A stretch of 64,000 bases of DNA, taken from Vicugna vicugna (taxonomy: Eukaryota). This document shows, one piece after another, positions 38,862 to 51,860 of this stretch. Location: assembly GCA_013265495.1 (NCBI GenBank), contig MU058213.1, positions 1,054,001-1,118,000 on the forward strand, in the 5' to 3' direction. The notes under the pieces are model-generated. The model ran no database searches. It was not told the origin of the DNA and saw only the letters and a program-made list of their open reading frames with translations. Each line of letters begins with the position of its first letter. The first letter of the stretch is position 1. The translations under genes were made by a program, and so were the position numbers.

Positions 38862-39016
38862 ATTATTTTTATTTTTTTAATTTAATTTAATTTAATTTAA
38901 TTTTATTTTATTTTATTTTATTTTATTATTTTTTTTTTAATGGTGGTTCTGGGGATTGAACCCAGGACCTCGTGCAAGCTAAGCACACACTCTCCCACTG
39001 AGCTAAACTCCCCTCC
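38862..39016 (-). mobile_element. Vic-1-type SINE with an expanded (TTTAA)n/(TTTTA)n tail
   Basis: Reverse-complement tRNA-like head at 38941-39016 plus a patterned A tail. Confidence 0.88.
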
Positions 39017-40934
39017 AAGCTTATCTTACAGGAATTATTTAATGAAAAGCCCTATGTTATCTCTGCACCAAAAAACAGAATTCTCTGTCCTAAAATTTCA
39101 CCTTCATGAGTCATTTGTATAATTTGTTATGAGAGGTTTCAAGGTTATTATTAGAGTAACAAACAGGGGTTTGGTGTCCACTTAGCTCTGCTGGTCTATG
39201 ATATGTACTATCTTATCAAAACATGATCAATCCTCTGAAAACAGACTAAACTACCAAAACATAACTCAAATTTCCTAAAGAATAAGATTACTTTTATTAC
39301 TTTACAGTAGGAAATATCTGTGGTCTATGATTTCAATTGGGTAACTTCTTGCAAAGGTAACTTTACTCATTCTTAATGAGTGAAAAAAAAATTACATACT
39401 GGAAAATGTATTAAAAAATATTATCACAGAAAAGTAAGTAAGAAATTCTTAAAGGATAGACTAACTTAACCTGATTTAAACTCTTTCCAATATTTCTTCA
39501 AAATCTACGATCATTTGTATGCAGTTTCTGGAGACAGCGAGATAAAATCCTTTCTCTCTTAATCCTTCATTTTTTAGATGTCAAGCAAGGTCAAGGAACA
39601 ATGTTGTTTTGCTCTTTTAAAGCATAGTTCAAATTACCTACTGCTCATGAATTTCACTCAAAGATATTTTTTGAGCTCATTTTTAGCCAATTCACTCTTT
39701 TATCTTCTTTCTAACTTATCCTAATGGTCATCAGGGACTCTGTACACTAATGACAGATTACGTTATGTTAGACCTTATCTTTCCACTCTCTATTACTATG
39801 TGCCAAAAGAGTATGTGAAATTGATGAGAATTTTTGATGTTCTGGTTAAGCAAAATGGGCACCTTTAGTCTAATATTGAAAGCATTCCAGTATGACTGAT
39901 AAACATTTTTTCTTTTTAAAAATTTTTTGATTGAAGTATACTTGATTTACAGTGTTGTGTTAATTGATACACATTTGATACTGAACTTATCTCAATGATA
40001 TTTTCCATTTTATTAATTATTCAAACTTAACTGTTATTTTTTTTTTCAAAATTATACGGGGAAGTGGACACATCTTTCCATGGTAAATGAATAACACGTG
40101 GTATATGTGATAATTGGGCAAGTTTGTGAAGAATTGGGCCTGTTTCTTTCATGATAACCATTGGTGTGCATCTTCATGATTATGACCCACAAATATAAAT
40201 ATTATTGGGAAAAGAAAACTTTGAATGATTAGACACAACTATGCTTTTTCTATCAAAGTATGAAACACAGATTAGACTCTTGACTAAAATTTTCACCCTT
40301 AGAAGGGAGTAAGGCTAAACAATTTTCCCTGAACAAACTAGGCCAATAATGAGTAGGCTATATTTAGGTCCCTAAAAATTATAACTTCCCTTCCTCTGAT
40401 ACTTCTCAATTATGTAGAATTCCCTTTTCATATCTTTTATTAATAACAAAAGACACTGTTACTGATGTCTTTGAAAACCTAGAAGGTGGGGGTGAGGGAT
40501 ATTGGAAAAGGAAGAAATTAGGCCAGGTGATAAGTTAGGAAACTCAAGTAGCAAGACCAGAGCTGTATATTTCTATGTCTATTGCAGTAAAAGTAAGACC
40601 TCACATAAAAACCCAGATCTGACTCCAGTGTCATTAATCAAATTTTTATCATTTTTTCAGATTACACAGAAAGAAATATATTTTCAGCACCATCCTCAAA
40701 TACAATAAAGGATATCTGTCATTAGCGCTTGCTCAGAAAGAAGTTGTGAGGTAATATTTTGGTTATATTAGCCTGCATTTAGCCTTCAACTTTCTCTTAG
40801 GAAGTACTTTATATGTTCAAGTATTGCACCAAAGCAGAACTAAATCTCTTTAAATTTAAAGACATTGGTATTTGTCATTAAGTTGGTTGATTTGAACAGG
40901 AAAAGACAATTTAAAAAAAATTTTAAATACTTGC

Positions 40935-41093
40935 CATATAAGGAGAAGGAGCATTATCATCGGAAACACTGTAGAATGACACTTCAACTGGAAGAGTTAA
41001 ATGAGTGGGGCAGAAAACACCACTTGCCCCGACCTCGGCAGTAAAACCATCAACAACGCCAAGAGGATCTAACCGATAGTTCAAGACAGATTC
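40935..41093 (-). CDS. ATOSA: ATOSA exon (ESVLNYRLDPLGVVDGFTAEVGASGVFCPTHLTLPVEVSFYSVSDDNAPSPYM), DUF4210
   Basis: ttccag| acceptor, 159 nt, ending at a non-canonical ATG|gcaagt donor. Confidence 0.94.
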
Positions 41094-41974
41094 CTGGAAG
41101 ACAAAATAAAGGAATTTTTAAGAAATAAAATTTAAAAGTTGAACACAGTCATTCTTTCTTTCTGTTTAAAGAAATACATTACTGTGCTTTCTGGGACTAG
41201 AGAGGTGGCCGAAGCCATTGCCATGCCCTCATTTCAAATGTTAATCTGACCTGAAGTTAACCCCCTCCCACACCAATCTTCTGCCGTCCTATAAAAGTGT
41301 GGCCTCCTCACTATTCCAGCCCACACTGAACTATCCTTGAACTTCACCATTATTCAGACCTAACTGTTTAATGTGTTATTCTTATCTTTGTAAAGAAAAA
41401 TATGCTGTACTAGAGCAGGTATAGTGTTAGAAGTTTTCTTACTCCTCACAGTCTAGTCCTCGGGCGAGCCATGGAGAAGCGCTTGAAAACTTGTTACAGG
41501 TCATATACAGGAGTTCCATCAAAAGAGAAAGCCAAGGACGTATAACTTTGAGAAACAACTCGTTCCTGAAAACTTTTGTACGTGACACGTGTTTTATTGT
41601 GTAATTTTAAAAAATAGTAAATGCACACGGGGGAGAAAAAAACCTTTAAACTACCGAAATACAAACAGTAGAGAAACTCCTTATCCATATCTCCCAAGCT
41701 GACTTGCTGAGGTAACCACTTTTATCAATTTAGTTGTTATTTGTTCAGCTATGAGGAACATGTTAAACCTTTCATAGGCTCTCTTTTATATACAAGTATC
41801 AACATATATATGTACACATCACGAAATGTCAGTAGCATTTCTTTGGTTTAGAGACTCTTTGAAAAGGAACACTGCAAGCCCTCATGAGTCTAAATTTGAA
41901 AGTGATATCAGCAATTCCAAAGCCTCCTGATCAAAAAGGCCAGACCAAGAGACTATGTGCAACCAGCCTTCTAT

Positions 41975-42700
41975 CTCTCCCTCCTGCCCTGCAGTCAATC
42001 CAGTCCATATCCCGTTGATACGACCTCTCAGTCTTATGGCCTCAGCTCTCTCCCCCACCACCAGCCTAGCTCAGAACCTTACAGCTTCTCCTCTGAACAA
42101 ATCCAACACCTCTGAATTAGTTATTCCACCTCTAGTGTATCCTCTGTATTACTGCCAGAGTTTTTCTTTAAAAAAAAAAAAGTCTTATGTCACCCACCAG
42201 GTTAAAAACTTTGTATTTCCCACACAGGGTGAAGTCAAATCTTTGCAGTGTGGGAGGTAAGGCCCACCCTGCCCTTTCTTACCTCAGCTCTCCTCATTGG
42301 CACACAGTCTTCTGCTCCAGTTCCAGTTGATACTTTTCAACACCATCATGCTCTTTTACAACTTTTGCACACATGTCTTTGCACATGTCGTTCCATCTGT
42401 CTAGAATCCCTTACCACTCCCTACACAAATTTACTTGGCAAATTCCTACTCATCTTTTGTAACCAAGCTCAAGTGACAGTTCTTAGCAAAGCTTTCCCAA
42501 TCCCTTTAGCAGAGAGAGCAAATATATGAGGACTGAGAACATTTCTATCACACTGCTAACTACTTGAATTTATAAATTATTTACATGTCCACCTTCTCCA
42601 GTAGATTGTAAACTTCTTTAAGGAAGGAACTTTATTATTTAGCTTCATATCCCTAGCATACAGCATGACATGTAGTAGGTACTCAATAAATGCTTCTTAA
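41975..42700 (+). mobile_element. L2 remnant
   Basis: Pyrimidine-rich body ending AGATTGTAAACTTCTT...GTAGGTACTCAATAAATGC. Confidence 0.7.
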
Positions 42701-42999
42701 ATAAGAAAAATATTCTAAAGATATATAAAATTTTCATAGAAAGAGCACATATAAAAATGCTTATGGATAAGGTCAGTGACCCATATTAGTCTCTGGCTTT
42801 ATTCAGACTTTTGTGACTTTAAACTAATATACTAAAGCATGCATGCTAGGTCTTATTCAATGCAAACAACAAGAAAAGAAAAGGCATACAAATTACAAAG
42901 TAATAAATAAAACTGTCCCTATTTGTAGATGATTTGAGAATCTACATATTAAACCCCCCTAAATCAATTAATAAGCAAGTTGAACAAGGTCATAGGTGA

Positions 43000-43084
43000 T
43001 TATATATGTTTACATACATGCATATACACATACACACATACATGCATATGTATGTGTATATATATATATATACACACACATATA
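43000..43084. repeat. Mixed TA/CA/TG alternating purine-pyrimidine repeat
   Basis: Read directly. Confidence 0.8.
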
Positions 43085-43400
43085 AAATCACTTGAAAAAA
43101 GCCCCAGACCCTAAAAAAGAGTCAATACCAAATCACTCTACTTACATAAAATTCTAGAAAATTCCAGCTATTTTATACTAATAGGAGGCACTGGGATTCC
43201 CCCATGTGGGACAAATAATTGACCCATTTTGAATGGCTGTCAGCATTGTGCTGGACTGAAGGAGGGGAGGGGTTGATTTTCAGGCTTTGGAAAAATATAA
43301 TCCATTTTTTTATTTCTTTTTCACAAGCAAATGACATAAATGACACCATGGGTCTGGGTTAAGAAACTTCAACTCTTAAAATAGTTTCAGAAAATATTAC

Positions 43401-43509
43401 CTCAAAATTTCCTAAGAGACTAAGACTCGTTACAGGTGGAGCACTAGAACTCAGAAATGGTTTTTCATGAATATCCGGATCATCTTCAATGTTTAAACAC
43501 GGTCGAGGA
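43401..43509 (-). CDS. ATOSA: ATOSA exon (SPRPCLNIEDDPDIHEKPFLSSSAPPVTSLSLLGNFE)
   Basis: aatag| acceptor, GAG|gtaata donor, 109 nt. Start of DUF4210. Confidence 0.94.
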
Positions 43510-44224
43510 CTATTTAAAACAAGAACAAGTCAGCAAATGGACATATCCGTTAAAATATCTTCTAATTTACTTTTGTGCAGAATTAAATTAGGAGAATCTA
43601 ATCAATTTTACTTAAACTACCACAATAAAAAACTAATGTAACCGAATTTTAAAGTATGAAATATCTAGTTTTAAATTCCTGATTAGATTTTATAATCTTT
43701 GTCATAATATTTGATAAAGAGTATATATAACATTCTTGTTTCAAGGTGGAATTTATAATGTATCACATAGTGGCATCTACTGGAAATATTTAATACTGTA
43801 ATACAGTCTTCTATATCAATCTTAATTTTCAGTTCATAAATAGGATACAAAGGCAAAATTATGTGACTAAAGAATATAATGAGAGTATTATTTGTCAACA
43901 TAGAACAAATTGCCAAAGCTTTTTGCAAAGGAATGTAAGGCAAAGAAGGAGGTGAATGACAGAAATATATAAACTCACTTAAATGTTAAAAATTAATGTA
44001 CATGTTTATCTTGACGACCATTCTATAGTAGATACTCATTGTCTTAATTTCTCCCTCATTCATCCTTAATAACTGTATGTGAAATCATATTGAAAATGAT
44101 AACAAGCTGGAAAATAATATTCCTATTAAAATTCTGATTGTTAGAGTCAACACTATTTACTGTGAAAGGCTAAAATTTTGTGCAATACTGTTTCATATAC
44201 ACAAAAGAATTTTAAGATAAATAC

Positions 44225-44304
44225 CTTCTAGATGATAAGCTTTTCAGATGCAGTAATGAAGAATCCAGGTCAAAGCAACCTGATTGTGTCTTTCTTTGAG
44301 GAAC
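44225..44304 (-). CDS. ATOSA: ATOSA exon (VPQRKTQSGCFDLDSSLLHLKSLSSR)
   Basis: ccttag| acceptor, AAG|gtattt donor, 80 nt. Confidence 0.93.
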
Positions 44305-47156
44305 CTAAGGTTAAAATAATCATTTGTGATATTTTAAAAGAGTACAATTTTTTCTTGAATTTATACAATAATTTTCAAATGAAATTTAAGTATATCTTAA
44401 AAAATAATAAAACTTCTCCCATAACAGCTTACTTAAAATCATGCTCTTTATTACATATTAACCTTATGTCTTCATTTTATTAACTAGTTTGAAAAAAACA
44501 GATGATTAATAACAGCACTTTTACTAGGTTTTGATTTTTTAAGAACCAGAACCAGTTTTTTCGAAAATCAAATCTTACATGGAATCCCAATATATAATAT
44601 ATGACTTTTATTTTTTTTACTTCATATACTTCTGTACTAGGGGAAGGCAGTAGGAATAAATGATTTATAGCTTCACAATAAAAAGAGGGAGAAATAGAAT
44701 TAAACGGAAAGGGGATCATGGGGTCCTGCCACCTCTGCTGTTCCTCCACCCATCCCTACCTCACCACACATTTCCAAGAACCCTGGCTGGGGCTTCACAG
44801 AGAACAGGTTTGAAAAATACTACTCTGGATATTCAACTACTATAGTATACTAGATTACATTTAAGACAAACCACCAACAAACTCAAAATATCCTCAAAAT
44901 GAAACTCTCAAGTGTAAATTAAAGGTAAAATCGTATACAACATGCAAGTTAGATAGATTTGTTACTAGAATTAACGTTAAATATGTATAAAGTATCTGAG
45001 TGATTAGTCTAATTGCTGACTAAGAACAGATGATACTGAAAGTCTAAACCACCTCAGTATTTTTGAGAGCTGTACAAATGCAACATGCTATATTTTGTAG
45101 TCAGAACTTAATGTGAAATTTTCAATCCAAATTCTTATGTCTTCAATTCTGGAAAGTTCTCTAATTTCTTCTAATACTGCATTTTCCTTATTCCATGTAG
45201 TCTTCCTCTTGGAATTTCTACTGGGTTTATATTGAACACTTCATTCTGTCCTCCAGGGCTCTTTCATATTTTACTCTCTCTCTTCCTTTCAGCACTTTAT
45301 TCTAGGTGCTTTCTTAACATGTGTCTATTCATTGACTAGATCTCTATTCAGCTGATACTAGTCTACTGTTTAATCCAGTGTGTATGTGTATGCACATGTG
45401 GGTGTACACTTCAATGACAGTATTTTTCACATTTATAATTTCTATTTTTTCAGTCCACTTACTCTTTCATCTCAATCCCTTGTCTTTATCTTCATTTCTC
45501 TCTTAGAACATTTTAAACAGAATTATTTTTTATTCTCTTTCAAGTTGCTCTGATAAACAGGATCCCTAAATCTGAATTCTCTCACTTCTTGCTCTTGCTG
45601 ATTCTTTTAAAGTGCTTTATAATTTTCTTTCCTCTGAGATCATGTTCAGCAAGAGTATCTTCCATGACAATACATCCTTGGTGCCATGGATTATAAATAT
45701 GAGATAGTTCCATGTTTCCTCATAGACAGTACAAATTCAGAACCCTCAGCCCATGGGTGGCTTAGGCCTAGGTCCAAATTCTTTGGAGGGCTTCTTTTCC
45801 CACCTACTCTATTCCTTCCTGTTACACCCTTCAGTAAATAGGTGAATTTTGTTCTCCTCTCTCATTTCTAGAATGGCAGTCCTCCCCTGTTTACGGCTCT
45901 ATGAAGAGTTTGGTTTTAGGTCCCAGCTATGATTGGTGTAGACCTGACTCCTGTTCCAGCAGAGGTGTTAAACCCTGTACTTCAGATATCCCAGAAGGCC
46001 ACAATTAGCCTCAAGTTAGCATTAGTATTTTGAGGTTTATCTTTCTCGCTCTAACACTATGTTATGTATTTAGAAGTTGTGTTACATTTTATCTAGGATT
46101 TCTGTCTTTGGGAACGAGGAAGGGTCTTCTTGTGTCAACTCAGTCCACCGTACTGAACAGAAGTCTGTAGTGCATTTTATACTAGCATGATGCTAATAAT
46201 TTTTTTCTTGATCACTTGGGCATTTTGAAAGCACTCATAGGTAGGTTAAATATTTGGGGTTATTTTAAATTGTTTGGAATTCAGCTTCTCTAAAATAAAC
46301 ATATAAAGGTCCAAGTTATAAATTTAAATCTAGATCTCTTATTCAAGAATTATTTTTTGAACATATGCCAGATACTGTATGCTTTGAGTTTACTTAAAAT
46401 ACACACACAAAACAGCAAAACTCATCTTACATCAGTAGCAAAATAAATACGTTTTTGGTTTGTTAGGATATTGACTGCTTACCTCTGTTTTAACTGAAAT
46501 GGCAGCCCTAGTGACTAACTACTGGATGTTTACTATCTGTCAGGAAAGGTACTAATCATCTCCCCAACACTAAGGTAGATATTATCACCCCCTCTTTACA
46601 AATGAGGAGACCAAGGCTGAGAGAGATAATATTATTCACTCAATGCCACACAGCGAGGGTGAAGTTGGTGTGACTCAAAGTGAGGCTCTTCATCACACTC
46701 AGATCTATACATCTATCTGTAAACGTAGAGTGGGGAACCATGTATGTCTTAAAATAAGATGATTAACTGCATGGGTCTCAAGTCAAAGACAGCCACAAAT
46801 TTGATTCCCAGATGATCCAGCTGGTCGTGTCAACAAGCCTCAGCACTAAGATAGAAACCTATTTATTCACTTGACACCAAGTATTTTCCTTACATTCGGT
46901 AACAATTAATATGTTAGACAAAAGATTTCAGAGAAATTTTATAATCCTAACATAATAAATTGCATTTTTATTCACTTTTCTGCCTTTTTCCATATTGGCA
47001 TCTAGCTATTCAATGTATCAAAAAACAAAATGTTTTCCAATTAGAAATTTATTTTTAAAATATTAAAATTTTTTTCCATTAAAGTTTGGACAAAATGATT
47101 TGCAAACATTTTACATGCTTGCAATTCTAAACACAAAATAAAAGAAAAAAACTTAC

Positions 47157-47273
47157 AGGACTTGAAAGAAGAGGCAATCCAGTTCGAGGATGAAAAGCTC
47201 TGGTTGAGGTTCCATCCAAGGAATGAAAATTATGTTTCCTCCAGACATTTGAATGTTTAAGTGGTGTAGTCCT
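47157..47273 (-). CDS. ATOSA: ATOSA exon (RTTPLKHSNVWRKHNFHSLDGTSTRAFHPRTGLPLLSSP)
   Basis: tagcag| tandem acceptor (start at 47273 or 47276) and CCT|gtaagt donor. Confidence 0.93.
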
Positions 47274-47869
47274 CTGCTAGGAAAAGAATTAGATTTTAAT
47301 GGTAATATTTAATTTTTTTTAGCTTTACATTTATTCTTAATAGGTACTGAGGTATTGTATTATATCCTTGGTGGTAAAGCAAATGTAATGACCTACTTAT
47401 CTATCTATACACACACATATGTACACTTCAATCAGAAAACGGTATTTAAGAGTTTTTTTCTAAGATGCTGAATAAACTCAAATATTCTAGAGAAAGTATG
47501 TCCAAATACAATTGCCTTATCAACATATGGTCTTATTTATAAACCAGAGTCTAGTATCTGGTATAAGCTAATATTCAATTCTTTTAATTTGTGGGAAAAA
47601 AAACTCACAGTTAGAAAAAATTAGCATCATATTCTAAAATATGAAACTATGTCAATAGCAAGAGTTATTCTCAGAGGATACAATCTGGTAAAGCATGAAA
47701 TAAAAATATAATAAATGTGAATTTTAAAATATATCTGACACTGTCACAGTATCATGTTTTTGAAGTGATACAAGAAATAGACTAATTCTTAAGAATTCAG
47801 GTAAGCTTATACTCAGAAATCAGAAAGTCATAAAAACATATAAATGAAAATCACAAAAGACTAATTAAT

Positions 47870-48060
47870 TGGGGTCCTGGCTGTACCATTTACTAGCTAT
47901 ATGAACTTGCACAAGTTACTTAATCTCTCCTAGACTCCTCATTTGTAAACTGGAGTTAGTAATAGCACCTAACCTCATAGCGGTTAAGTAAGGATTAAGT
48001 AAACCAACTTGTATAAAACATTCAGAAGAGTACCTGGGCACATAGTAAATGCTGTACAAG
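47870..48060 (+). mobile_element. MIR
   Basis: CCATTTACTAGCTATATGAACTTGCACAAGTTACTTAATCTCTC...CCTCATTTGTAAA core. Confidence 0.8.
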
Positions 48061-49064
48061 TATATTTAAAACAAGTCCATGAAAAAACAAATCTTACTGT
48101 CTTGGAAAATACCATGGTCAGAGTAAGCGTTTCTATTAGGTACCAGAAAGGATGATGAAAAGCTAATATTCTAAAGGCCAAGGTAGGTTTGTGACAATTA
48201 TAGTTTTAGGAAATTGGAAACTACTATTTGATTAAACCCGTATGTTGGAAAGATGAGATCTTCTGTTGAAAAATAAAAATTGGGAACAAGATATAATTTT
48301 AAGACTGTAATATCCAGCAAAACTAATCTGTATAATAAAAAAGATGAACCATGGTCATTCAAATTTGGATCAGGGAAATTAAGGTAGTTAAGTAGTTTCC
48401 CATACTCCAAGAACTAATACAAATTTATATCTCAATAAAGGATATTCAAGCCTAATCACACTTTTCTAAAATTAAGAAATAATTTGGTAGAAGGTCAAAT
48501 AAAATGGAACTAACTTAAATATCTTTGATTTATATAGTGCATTAAAAACACATCATTCTTGTTTTAAAATTGAGGAAGTTGAGGTTTTTGAAAGTTAATG
48601 TGATTTATTCAGCTTCACTCAAAGAGCAAATTGTCAGTACTGAAACCCAAGTATTTTGACCAACAGCCCAGTGATTTCATTTCAGATATCCCTAAAATCC
48701 TTAGCTGAGCATTGGCATAACGCAATGCATAACGCACATTAGGCCAGAGCTGCTAACAAACAACACACTAAAATTAACTATACAAGTTTCATTTCCGACT
48801 TCTATTTACTCTTCAGCAATTGTTAACAGTACTGAAATAAACATAAAAGGGCAACCAGAAGAATTTACCTAGCACGTGCTCTTTAGTGGGTGCATTATTT
48901 GCAAGGATATTAATACTAGTTCTATATTTTAGGTTTACTATATCAGACTGTGTGTTTTATAAATAATGGGCATCTTGGGCCATAATAATTAGATCTCCTA
49001 TAAACAAAATGCAAACTATAACAAATGTTTGAGGATTATATTTGAAATATTAGCTATTACCTAC

Positions 49065-50910
49065 CAATACCTCTGTATTTTTCAGTCGTTCACACGTAGA
49101 CAAACAGTCTTTTACATTCTTTCTCTGAGAACGGTTTTGAGATTTTTCATCAATTGGATCTTCTTTCTTATCCTGTTCATTTTTTAATTGATCTGGCTTT
49201 TTGCATTTGAAACCTTCGTTATCTTTATTGAAATAATTTTCTATACTATTAAGTTGAGTATTTTGCTCACATGGCTTGGGCCTTTTTGACACTTTATTTG
49301 AGCACGCATTTTCGTGTTTGTTCAAATATCCAGACATTTCCAACACAGTAACTTTTATTTTTGAGTCATTTATTTTTGAATGATCAAATTGGTGATTGTT
49401 TAAAGATTCTGAATTATAATTTCCATTTATTATTATTTTGTCCTTATACCTATTTGGGCAAATCTGTTTGTCAGTACTGTTGCAACTTGAATACTGTTTA
49501 TCAACTTCATTAATTTCTTGCTCCTTAAACTGACACTCAGAAAGTGTGTTTTCCAATCTGATTTTCAAATCTAAGTTATTTTCTTTGCAATGAGACATAT
49601 TTGAGGGAGTCATTAGACCAGTGGCTTTGTTCTGTGTCTCTTGAAATGTACTTTGGATTTCACGAGGATTGTCCTGATACAGATTTCTTCTTGTCTGAGG
49701 TTTCAAAGAAGGCTGGACTTTACTACTGCATTTTAAAGAACTAAAATATTTGTTAGGTATTAAGTGTTTCCCTTCACTGATGTCATCTAGCAAGGAAAAC
49801 TTTGTGTTAGAAATGGAAATAGAAGCATCATCCTTGTTTTTCTTCAACAGATTTTTGTCTTCGTAGGAACTCCTGAACACTTTAGAAGGAAGTGAACTGG
49901 AGCCCTGCGTGTTGAATGACTGCCGGGGTATGTGAGATGCCGTTGGGTCGATATGCTCCAAGTGTTGAGCAATCCTTGCAATAACATCTTGCCGCTCCTG
50001 GAGTAAACAGCTTATCAAAGGATTAGTCTCACCAACAGACTGACGAGAATGAAGACCATTAGAGATGCAAGTGTCACTCCGAGGGGTTTCTGGTTTTACT
50101 CGAATTTTCCCCTCATTGGTGTTTTCTGAGGAGGTGAGCTCTGGAATACCAAAAGAAATGGAGAAAGTTTCTTTACATTTTCTCACATTTTCATTTTCTT
50201 GTGAAACTCGGAGAAGTTTTGAATTAAGTGAACTAGATTCTTGTGTATTAAGTGGGTGTCCAGAAACATGTGAAGTGCTTGGATCACAATGAATCAAATG
50301 CTGAGCAATTCTTGCAATAACTTCTTGTCGTTCCTGAATTAAAGACCCTATTAAAGGATTAGTCTCACCAACTGACTGCCAAGAATTCTGGCATCTAGAG
50401 ACACTGGAGTCAATCACTGAAAATGATTTTACAGTTCTCACTGATGTTTCATGTGATTTTTTATCTCCTATACCACTAACGCCCAGAATATTGCCTTGAG
50501 ATGTTCCACAGTCAGATTTACTGCCAGCGCCTGGATATAGTTTGACATTTTTGACAGCTGCTGTATATTCTGGAGTTGTGCCATTTTTTGCATGTAATAA
50601 TATGCTTTCGGGTGCCATCATCCAAGTTTGTTTGCTACACAGACGCTGTGAACTGTTTGTACTACATTGTTCTGCTTCAGTAGAATTTCGGTGCTGATGG
50701 GTTTTAAGTTCATGCTCTTGAATCCTTTTCTCATAAAGGCCAATATTAGTGTGAATACTACAGGTCAAAACTGGGTAATTAGATTGTCTGGGCAAGGACT
50801 GAACGCTGACTTTCAAGGCCACATTGTGAGAAACATTGGGAACAGGAAACACATGTTCAGTTGGAGTCTGTGAAAAATTCCACTGTAGGTCTACATCAGC
50901 AGCACTGATT
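49065..50910 (-). CDS. ATOSA: ATOSA large internal exon (1846 nt)
   Basis: Corresponds to the 600-aa ORF. ttctag| acceptor at 50911 and TTG|gtaggt donor at 49064; phases fit both neighbouring exons. Confidence 0.95.
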
Positions 50911-50960
50911 CTAGAATCACACAGAAAAAAATGGAATCAATGGATTATAAAACTGATCAT

Positions 50961-51033
50961 GTATAACTGTAAAATTGTGCTCTACACTGGAAATTGACAC
51001 AGCATTGTAAACCGATTATAACTCCATTAAAAA
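50961..51033 (+). mobile_element. Very short L1 3' end
   Basis: AAAATTGTGCTCTACACTGGAAATTGACACAGCATTGTAAACCGATTATAACTCCATTAAAAAA matches the other L1 termini in the window. Confidence 0.8.
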
Positions 51034-51734
51034 ACTTACATCATTATATTATTTTAAAAATTTTACACAGTCATATACTTTGTTTGCATTAATTACTATT
51101 GAGATTTCACTCTTACCTACTTTACCATGCTCGTCATTCTGATAAAATCAACATAAATAGTACAACAGATTACGCTTGGAATAGAGATGATCTTCTTTTT
51201 AAGAACTCTATACTACTAAAGCATTAAAGCTCAAGAATATCGTAATTCAAAATTAGTGGGCAAAATAGAAAACAAGGACTTTGTCTTTACCAAATAAATG
51301 GATTCAACTAATTCTATAGTGCAAGGTGATTAAGAGACACTCTCAATCTCACGGCCACCTGCTTAAAGAGACAATTAGACAGCTGTTCAACAGCCTATAT
51401 GTTTATAGTTTCCAAATTAAGTAAGTCTACCATTATGGAAATTCGGCAGCCCAGAAAGTGTTTCCCCTTTATTTATAATGGTGGTATTTAATCATTGCTA
51501 GTTCTCTAAAGTAAGCATAAAATTTCTCTAAAAACTATTCTACACCAAATTTAACTGAACAAGCAAAACTCATATTGATTCACATCTAAATTTCTCTACT
51601 TTGTTTTGAGAGAAACTTCAGTAAATTTTACTTATATTCAGAAATGAAGGAAATAAACTGCATAAAAGGTAAAACAGCATTCAGTAGCTCACCACTGTAG
51701 TTGAATGCACACTGTCCTTCCGCCCTAGACATAC

Positions 51735-51860
51735 CTGTAAAGAATATTTCGTGGAATAGCACCATGAGAAACACTCAGCCAAGCACTTAATTGAGAAAAA
51801 AACACAAATGAGCGGACAGCCAATAGAAGAGTCTTCTCTTCAACAAATCGATCGCCACTC
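51735..51860 (-). CDS. ATOSA: ATOSA exon (SGDRFVEEKTLLLAVRSFVFFSQLSAWLSVSHGAIPRNILYR)
   Basis: ccttag| acceptor, AG|gtatgt donor, 126 nt, phase 2/2. Confidence 0.95.

Noticed and set aside
50065..50873. Plus-strand ORFs opposite the large ATOSA exon
   Set aside because: Short antisense shadows of the coding strand with no independent support.
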